Shown here: in pieces, positions 25,601 through 39,711 of the stretch
Position numbering within the stretch: position 1 is the first letter of the stretch
How the letters are laid out: every line of letters starts with the position of its first letter
Assembly (NCBI GenBank): GCA_048213135.1
Contig: PS015014.1
Location: 1-57,288, forward strand
Direction: 5' to 3'
Source: Reclinomonas americana ATCC 50394
Lineage: Eukaryota
DNA length: 57,288 nucleotides
Program-made: the position numbers and the translations under genes
Notes under the pieces: model-generated
Databases searched by the model: none
What the model saw: the letters and a program-made list of their open reading frames with translations, nothing else
What the model was told of the DNA's origin: nothing

Positions 25601-28600
25601 TGCATTGCCGTTGAGCCACAGCTCACTCAGCATCACGTTACTGCGACATCGCAACAGGTTTACGTGAGCAAGAAAAGAGGAAGCAGGAGCAGGGAGGAAA
25701 CAGTAAACACACAAACCGACTCAGGTCAGGGCACTCGGAGAGGCGATTCTCATACAAGATGAGCGTAAGCAGGTGGTGGTTGGAGTAGAAAATGGCGCGC
25801 TCCTGCGACAGACAATGTCAGCACACTGGTTTTCACCTAACCGGATGACAAAGCAGCGCAATTAACCAGCTGCGTGAGTCCATTGCGACCGAGATCAATG
25901 TACTGCAGCTGCGGCAGGCTCTTGATCACTGTCGGATTGACGCTCTCGAGTTGATTGCGATACAGTTTGAGTGTCTTGAGCCGCAGACACTTTTCCAAGC
26001 CTGCACAAGTGACTGTCAGCGTCCATGTACCGCCTTGCAAACACACGGGCGTGCTGAAGCACACCTTCGACTGATGTAATGCGATTGTCTTCGGCAGTGA
26101 GCGACTCCAGAGCGGCAGCGCATCCCTCGAGACCCTGCAGGGATCGGATCTGATTGATGGACACGCGCAGGGTGCGCAGTACCCGCTGTCTCTCGAGACC
26201 ACCGAGTTGAGTCAGCTTGTTGTCGCTCAGTACCAACTCCTGCACGGCGCAGTGTCAGACTCAAGTCGCTGCTGTAGTGGCACACACATCGTCGTCACCT
26301 CCAGCGCCTCGAGACGGGAGAGACCCTCAATGCGCTGCAACTGGTTGGCGTTCAGCTCCAGCGACCGCAAATTCACAAAACTGCATGCACACACAGTGTG
26401 TGACCAACGAGTCGCAATCGGTCGGTCGCCTTGTGCACGAGTTTCTTGCTCACCTGTCCAAGCCACGACCAATGGCCGTGATGTTTTCCACGTTCAACTT
26501 GACTTCGGCGACACGCTGTGGTGCCACAGTCCCGTAGTGCAACGACAACAAAAACTCCAAATCACTTTCGTCGGCGCCAGTCGACGATGCAGTCATGGGT
26601 CGTCTATTACACGGAGAGGAAAAAGTGTGAGAACGTGGTGGCGACGAGGAGCCAAGCGGCTCGGCGATTAACCGCACCCGTCACTCATCGACTCGAGCAC
26701 CGACAGTGAGCGCGACGCGCCAGCAGAGCGTTCTGGAGTGCCAACAAGTGCTCCCACCGAGGCCGAGACGGCTGTCCGCAGGAACTCACGCACAACACTC
26801 TCGACCAGCGTCCTCCACTGACGCTGTCCGGTCTCCAGATTCTACCAGCATGCAACATAAGTACAATGTACACACAGCAGGCGACCAGGTGCACAAAAGT
26901 ACCTGCAGAGCAGCGGGGAGCACCCACGCGATACCACCACGCTCGATCGACGCGCCGAACAGTGCTGCACCAGGGGTGCGCACACAACACAACAGGGGCG
27001 GACACGGTGCGCCAACTCCCAGCATCGTCGGTCGTGAGGTGCCTCGCGCTGACACGGCTCTGACCGCAGCGACTTCGACACGCCGAGCCACATGGTGCGC
27101 ATGTGTTGTGGAGTCGAGCACAGGTAGAATGAGCGCAAGCCGACGACGCTCGGCCTCCGCCTCCGCCTCGGCACGCAATCGTTCAAGCTCCCGCTGTTTG
27201 GCTGCCTCGGCCCTCCTCCTCTCCTCCGCCAAGCGCGCCTCTTCCGCCTTTCTAGCCTCCTCTGCGCGCCGAGCCTCCTCAGCCTTGCGTGCTTCCTCGG
27301 CTTTGCGCGCCTCTTCGGCTTTCTTCCGCGCTGCCTCCTGCCGTTCTTGCTCCTCGCGCTCCTTTCGCTCGACCTCCTCTTGTCGCCGTCGTCGCTGCAA
27401 GTGCGCGAGCACGTGTTTGTGATTCAACACAGCACAAAGCAGCTACCGTCTCGAGAAGCAGAAATACACACTGACCTCCATCTCCTCACGCAGCCGCCGC
27501 TCTTCCTCTGCACGACGTTCGCGCTCCATTCGCTCTGCCTCCTGCTTCCGTGCCTCGGCCAGCAGCCGCTCCTGCTCCAGTTGTGCGGCCTCCTCTTGCC
27601 GACAACGTTCCGCCTGCATTCTCTCTGCTCGCCACATATCCAACTCGGCCATGTACGCGCGCAGTGCCTCCACGTTACGCTGCTGCTCCTCCTCTCGCTC
27701 CATGAGGTACATCTCGCGAGATCTGCAGAGCCAACGCGTCAATCAACCCCGATACTCCACCTCCTGGTTGTGAGTGCGCGCACACGAAACTGTCGAAGTC
27801 GCTCCCCCTCGGCCGCATACTGCACATCCAGCTGGAGTCGCTCTATCTCTCGGAGTGCGGCCTCTTCGCGCTGGCGCTGTGCCTCCTTTTGTCGCTGCTG
27901 GCTTTCCAGCTGTGCTTGCCGATACTCTTCCTCCACCAGCTGCCGCTTCCGCTCCAATTCACGCTCCTGCTCCTCGATTTTGCGCCTCCGCTCGACCTGC
28001 ACACATTATCACAGACACAGAGAGGGTTGAGCGGTTGCGCCAGCGAAATGTCGGTGATGCAAAGAGAGCAGACCTCGAATGCTTTTGCCTCCTCCTCGAG
28101 TTTTCGTCGACGCTCTTCCGCCTCACGCTCACGACGCGCACGCTCCTCCTGCCGTTGTCGCTGCCGCTGCTCTTCATGTTCCCGTGCCTCTGCTCGTCGT
28201 CTCATCTGCTCCAGCTGCAACCGCAGAGCAGGATTCGTTTCCAAATCATCGGCGTCGAGATCCATGTCAGCGGGGAGCAACGGCGAAGCCGATGATGAAT
28301 GCACGAGCGAGGCCGCTGCGTTCGGCAGCATCGTTGTCGTGATAGCAGCCAGCGACGCTGTCGATGGTCGGCTGGACTCGGCGAGAGGTGTACTCTGCAG
28401 TGACGACGGCGTGAGACACAAAACTGCACGGCCTGTTTGCTCTTCACACCAGCAGTACCTGTCGAAGCGAACGAGCACTCGTCGCAGCCGCTGACCGCGT
28501 ACTCGCCTCGGTGGGACCGGCGGGAACACCGCCAAACACGTCAAACTCATCACTCGTGGCCGACGACGACACGTGAGTGGCGGCAGTGGGCGGCCGTGTT

Positions 28601-29297
28601 GATGACCACTCTGCGCGCGCACACAACAACACCAACACTGCATGAGCCGGCGAGAGTGGGCAACATGTCAAGCACCCCGCAGCAACGCAACCGAATGAGT
28701 CGCCAGTGGCCGGCCGACTCGGCGGTGTGGCCAGCATGCGCGGACCGACCTGACCCAACTCATCCAACATGGACTCCACACGGCGACTGTTCTCCTCAAT
28801 CCGTCGCTGCCTCTCCTCCGCCAAGCGCGCCACCACCTGCACACTCTCGCGCTTCTGCCGCAGCTCAAACTCTGCGGCGGATCAGCAAGTCCATGACAAC
28901 TCACTCTCATACACGCACGGATGACCAACGCAACCTTTCTGCACCGACTCACGCACTCGATCACGCAGTCTCTCCATGCGATCCGGCGCATCCAAGTCAA
29001 TGCCCAGCGTATACGACTCTGGCAGCACCGCCGACGCCTCTGAGCACATGGACTCGCCATCGTCATCATCGTCATCATGATCGCCACTACTACTACACGC
29101 GCGCACATACACACACATACGTGAAGCGAGGAAGAGAGGAGTGAGAACCACCTCACCGTTTGTCGGTCACTCCCATTGAAAAAAACAACACCCTCGTTCA
29201 CTCACCGTGCTCTGGGTGGCCGTGAACTTACATTCGCCACTGCCTGTGCCATGAGCGCCTCCAGATCGTCGTCATCGTCGTCACTCTCCAGCGCCAT
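22630..29297 (-). CDS. LRRIQ1: Leucine-rich repeat and IQ domain-containing protein 1-like
   Basis: Acidic N-terminus MALESDDDDDDLEALM, E/R/K helix, SDS22-like LRRs (LRSLELNANQLQRIEGL), IQAAWRG motifs, EDDDDFDYAEID, AEEW..SDPAVVEAMMMR C-terminal motif. Confidence 0.8.
27225..27335 (-). repeat. 18-nt coding tandem repeat (EEARKA/EEARRA)
   Basis: EAARKKAEEARKAEEARKAEEARRAEEARKAEEARLAEE in the ORF track. Confidence 0.85.
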
Positions 29298-29403
29298 CTG
29301 CGTCAGTGCAGGGCCGGTGTGCGCGTACTGATTGACTTGGGCGTTCAGCAAAGTGTGAGTCACCGCCGTCATTTGTCCACAGTTGGCGCGCGGTCTGTGA
29401 GAG

Positions 29404-32400
29404 ATGGCTTCCGGCCTCAGCGTTGCGCATATGCAGTGCGTTTCTTTCTCCCCTCATGTCACTCACACTGCGTAATGCATTGCTTTGCATGTGCAGGTCC
29501 GACTGGAATCACCACTAGGTAGACGCATTTTTGCATTGCACCTCTCTATCTCTCTCTCTCTCTCTCATGCGCGCGCGCTCTGTTGCAGCTGTGGTGAACC
29601 GAGCGGTGGAAGAGTACAACTCGGGTGTGCCTGCCAAACAGCAAGAGGTGGCCGCCTCAGTGTTGCGTCGCCTGGCGCTGCTCAAGAGCGGAACTGTCAA
29701 TGCGCCGGTCAGTCAGCGTCCCCTGTCGCTGTTCTTATCGACTCTGAGTGTCGTTCTGTGCAACAGGATCGTGTGCACTTTGTGTCGCTGGCGCTGCTGT
29801 GTCGCCGGATTCCGGAACTGTTTCGTGAGGAGGAAGTGGCGAATGCGTTGCTGGCGTCGCTGCGACCGGGCGCCATCAAGAAGGGCTCGCCGGTGTGCAT
29901 GCTGATCACGGCGCTGCTGATGAGGGCGTTTGATACGGAGCCTGAGTGGCCACTGTCGTTTGTGTCGGTCTACTTGGAGGATCTGGTTGGCCCGCAGGTG
30001 CGTTTGTCCTCGCCTCCCCTTTTCACGGGGGAGCAGCGTCTGAGCTGTGGAGTTGGCAGGCGTGGGCCGATCTGGAGCCATCTGCACGCTTCTGTCGCAA
30101 CATTCGCACTGCATTCTGCACTCCAGAACAAGTGCTGGCCATGCAGCGGCAGCAGTTCGATCAGGTTTCGTTGCTGGTGCTTGCACACTCTCAGTGTGCT
30201 TGCTGCAACTTGCTGACGGGATGCGGCGCGTCGCCAGGCGGTGCAGAGCATTGTGGTGCCGGCGTTGGCAGCTGGTGATGCAGTGAGTGCCTTGAGCAGT
30301 CCGTCGGACGTGCCGTCGGCCGCGGAGACAACAATGCTCACCAGGGAGACGGTGGACATGTCGGGCGTGGTGCGCAGCTTTGCATCTGGCCTTGGGAGAA
30401 CGGGGTGTGTTTGCTGACTGTATGGTGTGTGTGTGTGTGTGGTACAGGTGCCCATGAGTGGCATTGTGGTGCAATCGTCGTCTGCGTCGTCGGTACCACC
30501 TCCACCTCCCACAGCGACCTTGAGTGCCGGTGTGGCCGCCGCGGCCCGACCGTCGGCTGCCGCCCTGCTTCTTCGTGGCTCTGCTCCACCACCGTGCGTC
30601 GTTGTTGCATGTTGTTGCTGTCGTGTTTACTCTATGGCCTGACACGGCAGTGTGCGCACAGACTCGGCGAAGTGTCTCCGTTTGCCGCGGCCCTTGGTGA
30701 GTGATTTCTGTGCCATTTTTTGCTGCTGCGGATTGTTGAGCTGAGTGTTGAGGAACAGCTTCACCAGGCGTTCGCGATCGCTTTGCGGTGGCTCGTGCTG
30801 ATGGGAGCCTCACAGCCACCGTGCTGCGGCACCTCGAGGTGCGACGAATGGTGGTGGCGCTGCTGTGATCGAGTGTGATTCGCTCACCTGCGTTGTGATT
30901 TTGTGCAGAGTGCAACTCAGCGACTGCAGCAACTCGACCGCAACGGACAACAGTTTGCGCAGTACACGCAGGAGTCGAAAAACGTGTTGCGCATTCTGAT
31001 GATGGCGGCACATGTGCCGCAGGCTCGTATGCAGGCCATGCCGTACTTGCCAGGTTGGTCGGCACGGCGACGCGTGAGACGAATTCACTGCTCACGTCTC
31101 CTTCGTTGCAGCCTGGTTCAACATGCAGGCATTGTCGCGCACAGTCCGCGAGTACATGGACCGTGCGGTGGCCCTCACCACGGGTGAACACCCCAGCGAC
31201 TTTGACATGCTCCAGCTCCTGCTGCAGTATGCGTTCACGAGACCAGCAGAGCAGCACCCGATTTCGCTCTCCGGTGCGTATCTACGCCTCCTCGATGTGG
31301 TTGGCTTTTGCAGCTCAATTCCCCGTGCTTCGCTCTGCAGACATGATGCTGTCGCCTCTTGCCGAAGCGTGTTCCAGGTGGGCGCATGCCCTCATCACGC
31401 GCGCGCAGCCTCTGGCGAGCTTTGGTGCGCATCGTTTCTCGCGCCATGTCGCTCTTATTTTCCCTTATGCTTCCTCTTCCCTGCAGCCATGCGCTGCACT
31501 CTTCTCAACGAGCTTAATGCCGAGCGTCACCCGCTCAACATGCGCATGCTGGTCACCGTATTCCGTGAACTGCCACCTGGTTTGTGTGATGGGTAGTAAT
31601 TGATTGAGAGGGTGCATGCAACTGCGACGTAATCATATCTCTCGTGTTGTGCAGGCAAGGCCGAGGCCGATTTCGCCTATGTCATGCAGGAGTTGTGCGC
31701 CACTCCGTCGTTCCATGCACCGCTGGGCGAGGTACTCCTTCGCTTTGCGCAGACTCTCCATCAGTACGGCGGAGGTGTGTGGCTCTCGCTTCACTACTGC
31801 GGCCGGTCTGTTTGGTTTCACTCCACCAACTGACTTTTGTGCACCTCTCTAGTCTCCTTCCAACTCCGTCCCATGTGCGCTGGCCTCACGCTACACCGCG
31901 TGGAGATGCTTACGCAACCACCAGAAGACCGCAAGCTTTGGCTTTTCGCGCTGGCTCATTTTATCGCGTTTTTCTCGTTTTTGCGCGCCACGGCTGCCAA
32001 CATCAACTGTTGCGTGCAGCACACCAAGTGTGTGCGCGTGCGTGTGGTTGACGCTGAATCGCATCGCTTGCTCATACCATGAGTGTAGGGCGGGAGTTTC
32101 GCGAGGAAGTGCTGCTCGTACAACTGGACGCACTCAAGTGGACACACGAAGTGGTACCACTCCACAACGCCGAACGGCATCTGACGCAATCCGAGGCTGC
32201 GATCTTGATTGCCAAACTGCTCCTGTTGTGTCCGCCCTCTGCCGTCTTGATTCCAGCTGAGGTATGCGTTTGAAGTCCGCTTGCCAAACGTGCTGCTAAC
32301 ATCACGATGACAACAACAACAATTGTAGCGCTTTGGCGAGGCGGATGCTACCTTGTTCCACAGCGCCTTTTCACAATTGCCTCTGCTGGAAGATGTGCTG

Positions 32401-35400
32401 ATCGAGCTCATGTTTGTCACGTACGTTGCTGTCGCCGGTGCAGCTGCTGGTCTCTGCCACTGTGTTTTTAAACTTGTCTTGTTTTCGTGTCAGTGTACGC
32501 AACAAGTTCCTGAGCGAGGATGACTGCCTGCAGTTCACCGAGGAGGTTCTGCTACGCGCACTCGAATACGAGGCTTCCACGCGTCCCACACCCGCCACTC
32601 CACCGAGACCATGCGTGTCGATGCAGAATCACTCGGTGTACTTCAAGGGCCTATTTGAGAAGCTGCCTCGTTGCGTTCAGCATCTTGCCGTCCCCACCAA
32701 GTGCGGCTTCTCATCGCAAGACGACACAGTGTACAAGTTGCCGGACTTTGGCGGCGAGAAGCTCGAGCCTCCAAAGAGCGGTGGTCACATCTATCGACGT
32801 GAGGCGTATATGCGAGCGTGTCGTGTTGGTCTGCTGTGCGCAGCGGCCGACTTGGGCACTGCGGCGAGCTACTTGTGGGAACAGGTGTGTGGGCGCTCTC
32901 CCCCTCTTTCTCCATCTCTGTTCGAGCTCACCCGAAAACAGCATCACACGGTTCGCATGCTGATGGAACGGTGCATCATGAGCGACTGGGTGGTGGACGA
33001 GACGACGGCGGAGAGTTCTGTGGATGATGAAAAGGTGCGTGTGTGGTGCGTTCCCCGTATCGAGCTGTGGTCGCGCAGTTGATTGTCTCGCGCAGGCCAT
33101 TAGCCTGTGGGGCACATATCTGGTGGAAAAGAATCGTTTGTCTCCTCTTCCCGCTCTCCGCTGCTCGTGCCAATGTCTGTCTCATTCTCCATGTCCAGAC
33201 GAGCACGAGCTGGGACTCGCCGACTTTGAGATGGTGGATCCCAGCACGTGGAGTCAGCAGGTGGTGTTTTGCAAGACGCCGTATGCATTGACACGGATCG
33301 ATGCCGAGTACATGGGTAACATTGTGCGCTTGGAGGAGCGGTTGCGTCTCGGGCGTCGACTCCGAACAGTACGTGCGCCCGGTACGTATGCGTCGTTGCT
33401 GCTTCACACACCGCCGGTCGAAAGAGTCGATAGTCACTGACTGTTGTTCTGTAGATTTTCTCGTGCAAGTGTTACAGGGTCAGAGTGAGAGCAAGGTTAT
33501 TGTATGGCTGGCTGCCATTATCAAGGTGCGTGTGCGACCATGCGCATATCTCTTTCATTGTGCATGCGCAACTCATTCTCGAGATGCGGACAGGACGAGC
33601 CGATGGTGCTCGACGCAGTGCCGCTTCGATTCATTTGTCAGCTGGCCGTGCATGAACGGCTTGCTGTCGGCAGCTCGCGGTACGCATCCACCAGTCCACC
33701 AACTCCGTTGCTTCGGCAAACACGCTTGTCTCACGCGGGATATTTGTTACACACAGCCGGCTCACTGATTCACTCGTGCGCGTGGTCAGTCGTCTTCGCA
33801 GTCTCTTTCAGGTGTGCTGGTTTCCCGTTTTATTTTTGCTACCCTCACTTTCTCATCGCGGTCCTTGAATCACCAGGTCCCGCCCACTGATGTGGAGAAC
33901 ACGGTGCTGTTGGACGAGATCATTGTCTATCTCTTCCAGGCGCTCTCGAATGGGTGCGTCACGCACCGCAATTCTCTTGCGCTCTTGCTGTTGCTCTTGC
34001 TAACATCTCCCACAGGACGCGTTCCACGCGTCTGAACGTGAAGCTGATCATGACGCTCCTGTTCCTCTCGACTGTGTCGACCGAGAGTCTGGCTGAGAGT
34101 GCCGACATGCCACCGCCCACGCTTGATGTTGCGTCGTGTGCACACGCATGCATGCATTTTTTCTCGCTTGGTCGTCAAGTGTCTCATGTCATGTGTACAG
34201 TGGCTGTCGGCCATGGCTCAGCACAGTGCGTGGCCTCGCGTCGGTCAAGCGTGTGTGCAGCACTGCTTGGCCGCCTGTTCGGTCGAGTCAGATCGGGCCT
34301 CCTTGCAAACACTGCTCGTGTTTGTGGTGGAGCAGCTTTCGATTTCGGATGCCGGCCCCGATGTGTGGATAGTGCGCTACTGTTTGTTAGTTGTATCAGA
34401 CAGCTGTTTCTCCATCCCTCACCCCGTTTCGTTGCTCGTACAGCTGTTCTTGACGGCGGTGTCGACAAGTTTGTGTGTCCGCCGCGAGCTTTCCCCGCAG
34501 GTCAACGCTGGCTTCTTCGCTGCCCTCATTCACCACTTGGTCGTCAGCATTCAGTCTGGCCGTCTGCAGCTGGTGAGTGTGGCATTCGTCAGCAATGGGA
34601 GTGCATCTTCTCGGGAGAACTAAAGTACGCTCGCTTGATGCGCAGCCGGAGAGCGCGGCCGAGTCGCTTCCAACGGTACACATTGGTGCTTCGGTGGTGC
34701 GACTGCCGGAGAAGGCGTGGGATGGCTTGTGTGCAGTGTTTGCTTCAGCCACCGACTCCACTGGCTTTGGCGGCACTCCTCTCCAATTCTTCACCGCCGC
34801 CGTCAGCTCGACAAACAGCCCTGCGTTCTTCAGCATGCTGTCCCGTCGTCTTGTCGACGCTGTCGACGAGCGACTTGCCGGGCTAGGTGCGTGAGTCGCA
34901 GTGCTGTCGCAACCTTGCGAGGCCTCGTCTATTGACTCGCAAATGCGTAGCTCTGGCACATGCTCAAGCGGTCGACGTGTTGGATGCGCTGAGTATGGCT
35001 CGCACTCCGCCGTTTGTTGACGCTTGCAGCAACGCGTTGCGCCAATTGGCTGGACAGCGCGACATTGTGTCGCTGCTGCTGCAGAGTGTTACCGAAGTGC
35101 GCGCGTCGCCAGCAGTGCATCCGTTTATCCTGTCGCAGCTGGAGCAGTCGTCGGGCGAAGGTTCGGCAGATGTGTGTTCACCACCACGTCGTCCCTCTCT
35201 CTTTGTTTTTGAGGCGCGTGCGATTGTTGCGTAGCTGTGAGCACAGCAGCGAGGCTAGCCGCCGGGGAGCTCTTCGGCTCCAGCGGCCGTGTGGGCATTG
35301 CGGCTCAAGGCACCGTCGGCGTTCGGCGACGATTCAACCTCACAAAAACTCCCAGTCGTCGTTGCGTAACGCCGCACACCGAGTCCCATGATGTAGTCCT

Positions 35401-38400
35401 ACTTATTCGTGTACCTTTCTTCACAGCGAGCGCCAAGAATGCGCTTCTCGAAGCGGTACGCCATTTGTCGCTGCGTGGATTCTCGCTTCTTCTCTTACTC
35501 ACTGTTCGTGTCCTCCGTCAGCGACGCGCCTCCTTTGCGGATGCCACCATGTTGCAGACTGGGCAGTCAACCGCGCGCACACGACCACCGCACCACACGG
35601 CAGTGGCAAGTGCCACCGCTGCGCCAGTGCACATTTCTGCAGTGGTGGAGGAGAGCGTGCACTCGTCGGCAGCGTCCACCACGCGCCCATTCCGCATGCT
35701 GCTGCAACTCTCGGAGCAACTCATGCGAGAGCAGAGCGCGTCGGCCACCGCAGCACACGTGCAAGCAGCTCTGACGCACATTGCTGAGCATGGTTGGAGG
35801 CACGCATTGCATCCGCGGAAAGTAATGTGTGGCTCACGCGGTCGCTCGCGTGCAGATGCTCTGGCCAGCTCCCCACGCCTCGTCTCCGTGCTGCTGGCGG
35901 CCATCGAACTGCTCAATCCGCATGACGTTACGGCATCTGTTCAACGAGTACTGCCGGGTCTGGCTCGAGTTCCCGAGTTGCGACAGTTGACCTGCCTCCT
36001 GGTGCACTTCATGGTGCACGCCACCAGTCCGGAGAGTGGAATCGAGCTGCTGCACCGCCTCTACGATCAACATGTTGCGTCGCGTCGCTCCGTACATTTC
36101 GTGTGCGCGATATGCTGCTGATTCAACTCAACAGGCCTCCGGGCAACTGGTGCCGTGGGTTGTACTTGAGTTGCTGCACAACTTGGTCACGCGCTTCCTG
36201 TCCGAGTGCGTGATGGAGTACAAGACGAGAGCCATTGGCAGGTGCGCTTTCCACACCATTGTTTTTAACTCCCGCACTTGTATGCTGTGCGACACTGACG
36301 TGCGCACAATGTGCAGACCAAGTGCCTATGCGGCAAACATGCTGACCCTTGTCCGACACGTGGTTCCCGCGTCGCGTGTGGATCAAGTGATTGCTTGCAT
36401 TGTGCGCACGCCTTACATTCGCGTTCTATCCCGCGGATCGCTTGCTCATTGTTTCTCATGTCTCCCGTCCGGCAGGTGAACACGGATGTGGAAGCGACTT
36501 CGTGGGATGTACTGCTGAAGGTTCTCATTACGGCACGGACGACCACTGACCGCGTCCACGGTCATCGCGGCAGTGACGGTACGTTTGTTGGCTTTACTTG
36601 GTCGGTAATGCCGATGAGTTGAATGTGTGTGTATGTGCGCGCGCGCTAGATGATCTGGAGTCGCGCCAAGTGTATGTCAGACGCTTGGTGGCCAGTCTAC
36701 TTCAACACGCACACGCGAGACACTTGGTATGTTTTTTCTGTTCTTTGCATTACTCTCGTGTGCTTCTTGATGGTTTCATGACGCGTTTCCTTCGCAGAAG
36801 AATGCCAAGGGTGCTGGCGATCACAACTTGAGGACGTTGCTGTCGTGGTTCCGCTCGAACTACACGCTAGAGACAGAGGGAGCATTGGCGGACCAGCATC
36901 TCTCAACCTCTCTTGTGCCGCACTTGCCTTCGGCTGCTACTGCGGTGTGTGTCAGGGGCACATGATGTAGTGCGTAAACGTCTCTTTGCTAACTCGTCGC
37001 GTGCACAGTTCGATGTGCAGGCACACCAACTGTGTCGACAGTTGGCTCAGGTGCACGAGCTGAACTCGCTCCCGTTTGCCACCCTTCGACAGCTGGCGCT
37101 GCATCACCCCGAGACGCTTCTCAGCTTCGCTCCACTGCTGCTGGCCTTCCTGCAAGTGTCACCAAACATGACGGCCGTCGAGTTCAACGAGGGCGGTCAC
37201 ATGCGTATCTACTTGCAGGTTCTGTATATCATGGTCGACTTGCGAGACACGCTGCTGGAGGTACGGGCGCTCTCGGGGTTGATTCCTACGTGTGGTGCCT
37301 GTGTCATTGAGTCCCGCATCATTTGTCGGTGCAGAACGAGGAGGTGCTGGTTGCAGTTCTCGACAAATTCATGGACACCGTGTCGGTGGCGCTGCACTGT
37401 TGCGTCGCAAAAGAGAGAGGTAGGTACATACTCGTCTGCGGTGCTGACATTCGGCAATGGCAGCTCGAGATCGTGCAGAAATCGCCTTTGTGCCACTGCT
37501 GAACAAGTTCTGCGAGTTCATCTGCTACGTGGCCGTGCGACGACCGCACTTGACGCGAGTCCATGCCGATCAACTGAGGTCTGCACCAACTATGCCAATG
37601 GCCGTCTCTCGTAAGCTGAATGCCTGACTATGTGATGTGCAGTCGACTGCGTGACTTGCTGTTGGATCAGCCGCGCATCTCCATGGCGTTCGAGTTGTGT
37701 CGGCGCAGCGCCGGAGCGTTTGATGTTGAAGCACTGGACACTGTCACGTGGCAGCCAGACCGGTTGGAAGAGATTCAACGCACACTGCAACTCACCTCAC
37801 CGGCAAGTTGCGTAGCATTTCTCGCTACGACTCACACCGTGTGCTCCGCGCTCTCCGCGCTCACGTGATTTATTTTTTCATGCCATGCAGGTGACCACGA
37901 ACGGTGCGAGTTGTTGGCGCAAGTGGATGCTCTCAGTATGGCGGCTCCGGTGTTGCACGAGTTGATATGTCCAGTGGTGGCGCCGCTGTGCCACAGCAGG
38001 CATCAGCGGACACGTACTCTGACGTACAAGGTGCTGCGGCGCACTCTCAACTTGTACCCGAGGTGAGGCGTCTCGCTGATCGAGCGTCGGCTGGAGTGCT
38101 TTCGTTCTCACGCCTCCCTATCTCTCTCTCTCGTAGTTGTGCCACGATTGTCTTCCCTGCCTACCTGGCGGCATTCAAGTCCAGCCGACGTGCCGTACGA
38201 GACGACGCTCTGAGTGCAGCAGCCGATTTGTTCCCGTTCGCACAAGGTTGCGTGGTGTCGCGACACACGTGCGTCACTTTCTCTTGTCTGTGGTTTCACC
38301 CCGCGCACACTGTGCAGAGTACTCGCGAGCGGTCGTGACCGAGTCCTTCAAGGTCGGCGACCGTGCCAACGACACAGTGCGCCGCATGATATTGTCGACA

Positions 38401-38418
38401 ATGGGAATCAAGCCATGA
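29404..38418 (+). CDS. INTS1: Integrator complex subunit 1
   Basis: VSLALLCRRIPELF...LMRAFDTEPEWPLSFVSVYLEDLVGPQAWAD...FCRNIRTAF matches my recollection of INTS1 (ENWPEIFVKVYIEDSLGERIWVD...FVDNIQTAF); LPLLEDVLIELM; long multi-exon helical protein. Confidence 0.85.
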
Positions 38419-38511
38419 CCACGGCAACAACAGTAACGATGCACACAGTCTATTGCGGGGCAGTAAAAAGATATAGAATAACACTCTCTAAGAACGGAGG
38501 AGGGGGAATGC

Positions 38512-39634
38512 TCATGAAGCCGCCTTTTGTGCGTCCTTTTCTTCCTTGTCTGCCTGCTGCTCTTTCACCATGCGCTTGATGGCCTGCCACATACACGTGA
38601 GTGCACGCATAGGGGACAGATACACACACAGCAAGCGCGTGCACGTTACCTCCGGCATGTAATTCTCATCGTGCTGCGGCGGAGAAGACGGCGCTTCAGA
38701 AAAACAACAACACAATGCCTGCATGTCGACTCCTTCTCACCTTTGCCAAAACTTCACTGGCCTGGAAATGCCCCGGCCGGTCCATGACCCCGTCGACCAC
38801 CACACTCTTTCCCTCACGGAACAGATCCGGCAGCATCCCGCTGCAATACGTCACGGTCAACAACAGTCACTTTCTCTCCTATCTCTTTCTCTTTCTGCAA
38901 TCTCACCTGTACGACACCTGCGCAGCGACAAACGATGAGTTGAGGAAAACACACCGTGGCAACAATCACACAGCAGAGAACAGCACTCACCTCGATCTCA
39001 TTCTCGAGATCCGTCACCTACGCCAAGCAGCAGTGAGTGACAAGCAACCAACATCGACGCGACAAAGCACGCGAACCGTAAAGTCGATATTCATGCTCGT
39101 CGCCGAGTGCCGCACCGAGCCCTCCACGACCAGTCCACCCAAGCGGAACCGCTTCGCCTGATCGTCAGGCCGCTCCAGCGCCTAGCCACCTTCATCAACA
39201 CCAAACGCACACGCACTCATGCAGCAACACCAAGAGGCAAGCGCCGCGCACCTGCGTCGGTGTCAAGTAGAACGCCACGTTGTCTTCAAAGGCGTTGAGC
39301 ATGAGGAAGATGCCGGTGCCGACGACTGATCGATCAATCAGGAATGCATCACTCGTACAACACACGCACACTCACACACACACACACACCAACAGACGCC
39401 GCGCCAGCGTACATGAACCGACGATTCTGGTTGCGTGAGGTCACGTTGACGGAGGCCGGTCCGCGCGGCGAAGATGCAGAGAAACTGCGCGGAGTGTGAG
39501 ATGCAAAATGTGCAAGTCAGATGCGTGTTTTCTTCGCACCTTGGTGTCTTGCGTGCCCCTGGTGGTGGTGGTGGCGGTGTTGTTGACTGAGAGAACAGGC
39601 GCCGACCAGCGGCCCTCCACACGTGGAAGAACAT
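38512..39634 (-). CDS. ccmE: Cytochrome c maturation heme chaperone CcmE (nuclear-encoded, mitochondrial)
   Basis: Transit-like [91 protein letters not shown] heme-binding motif. Confidence 0.95.
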
Positions 39635-39711
39635 GTTGCAAGTGTTGTGACTGTGGAATTGCGGTCGACAGACGGAGTGGTGCAAGCTGCGTGCATAGCA
39701 ACTGTGAGCAA

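Noticed and set aside
29713-31257. Long antisense ORFs (514 aa here; also 1715-2830 and 39338-40804)
   Set aside because: Shadow frames of GC-rich coding DNA that run through introns and microsatellites and have no protein-like motifs.
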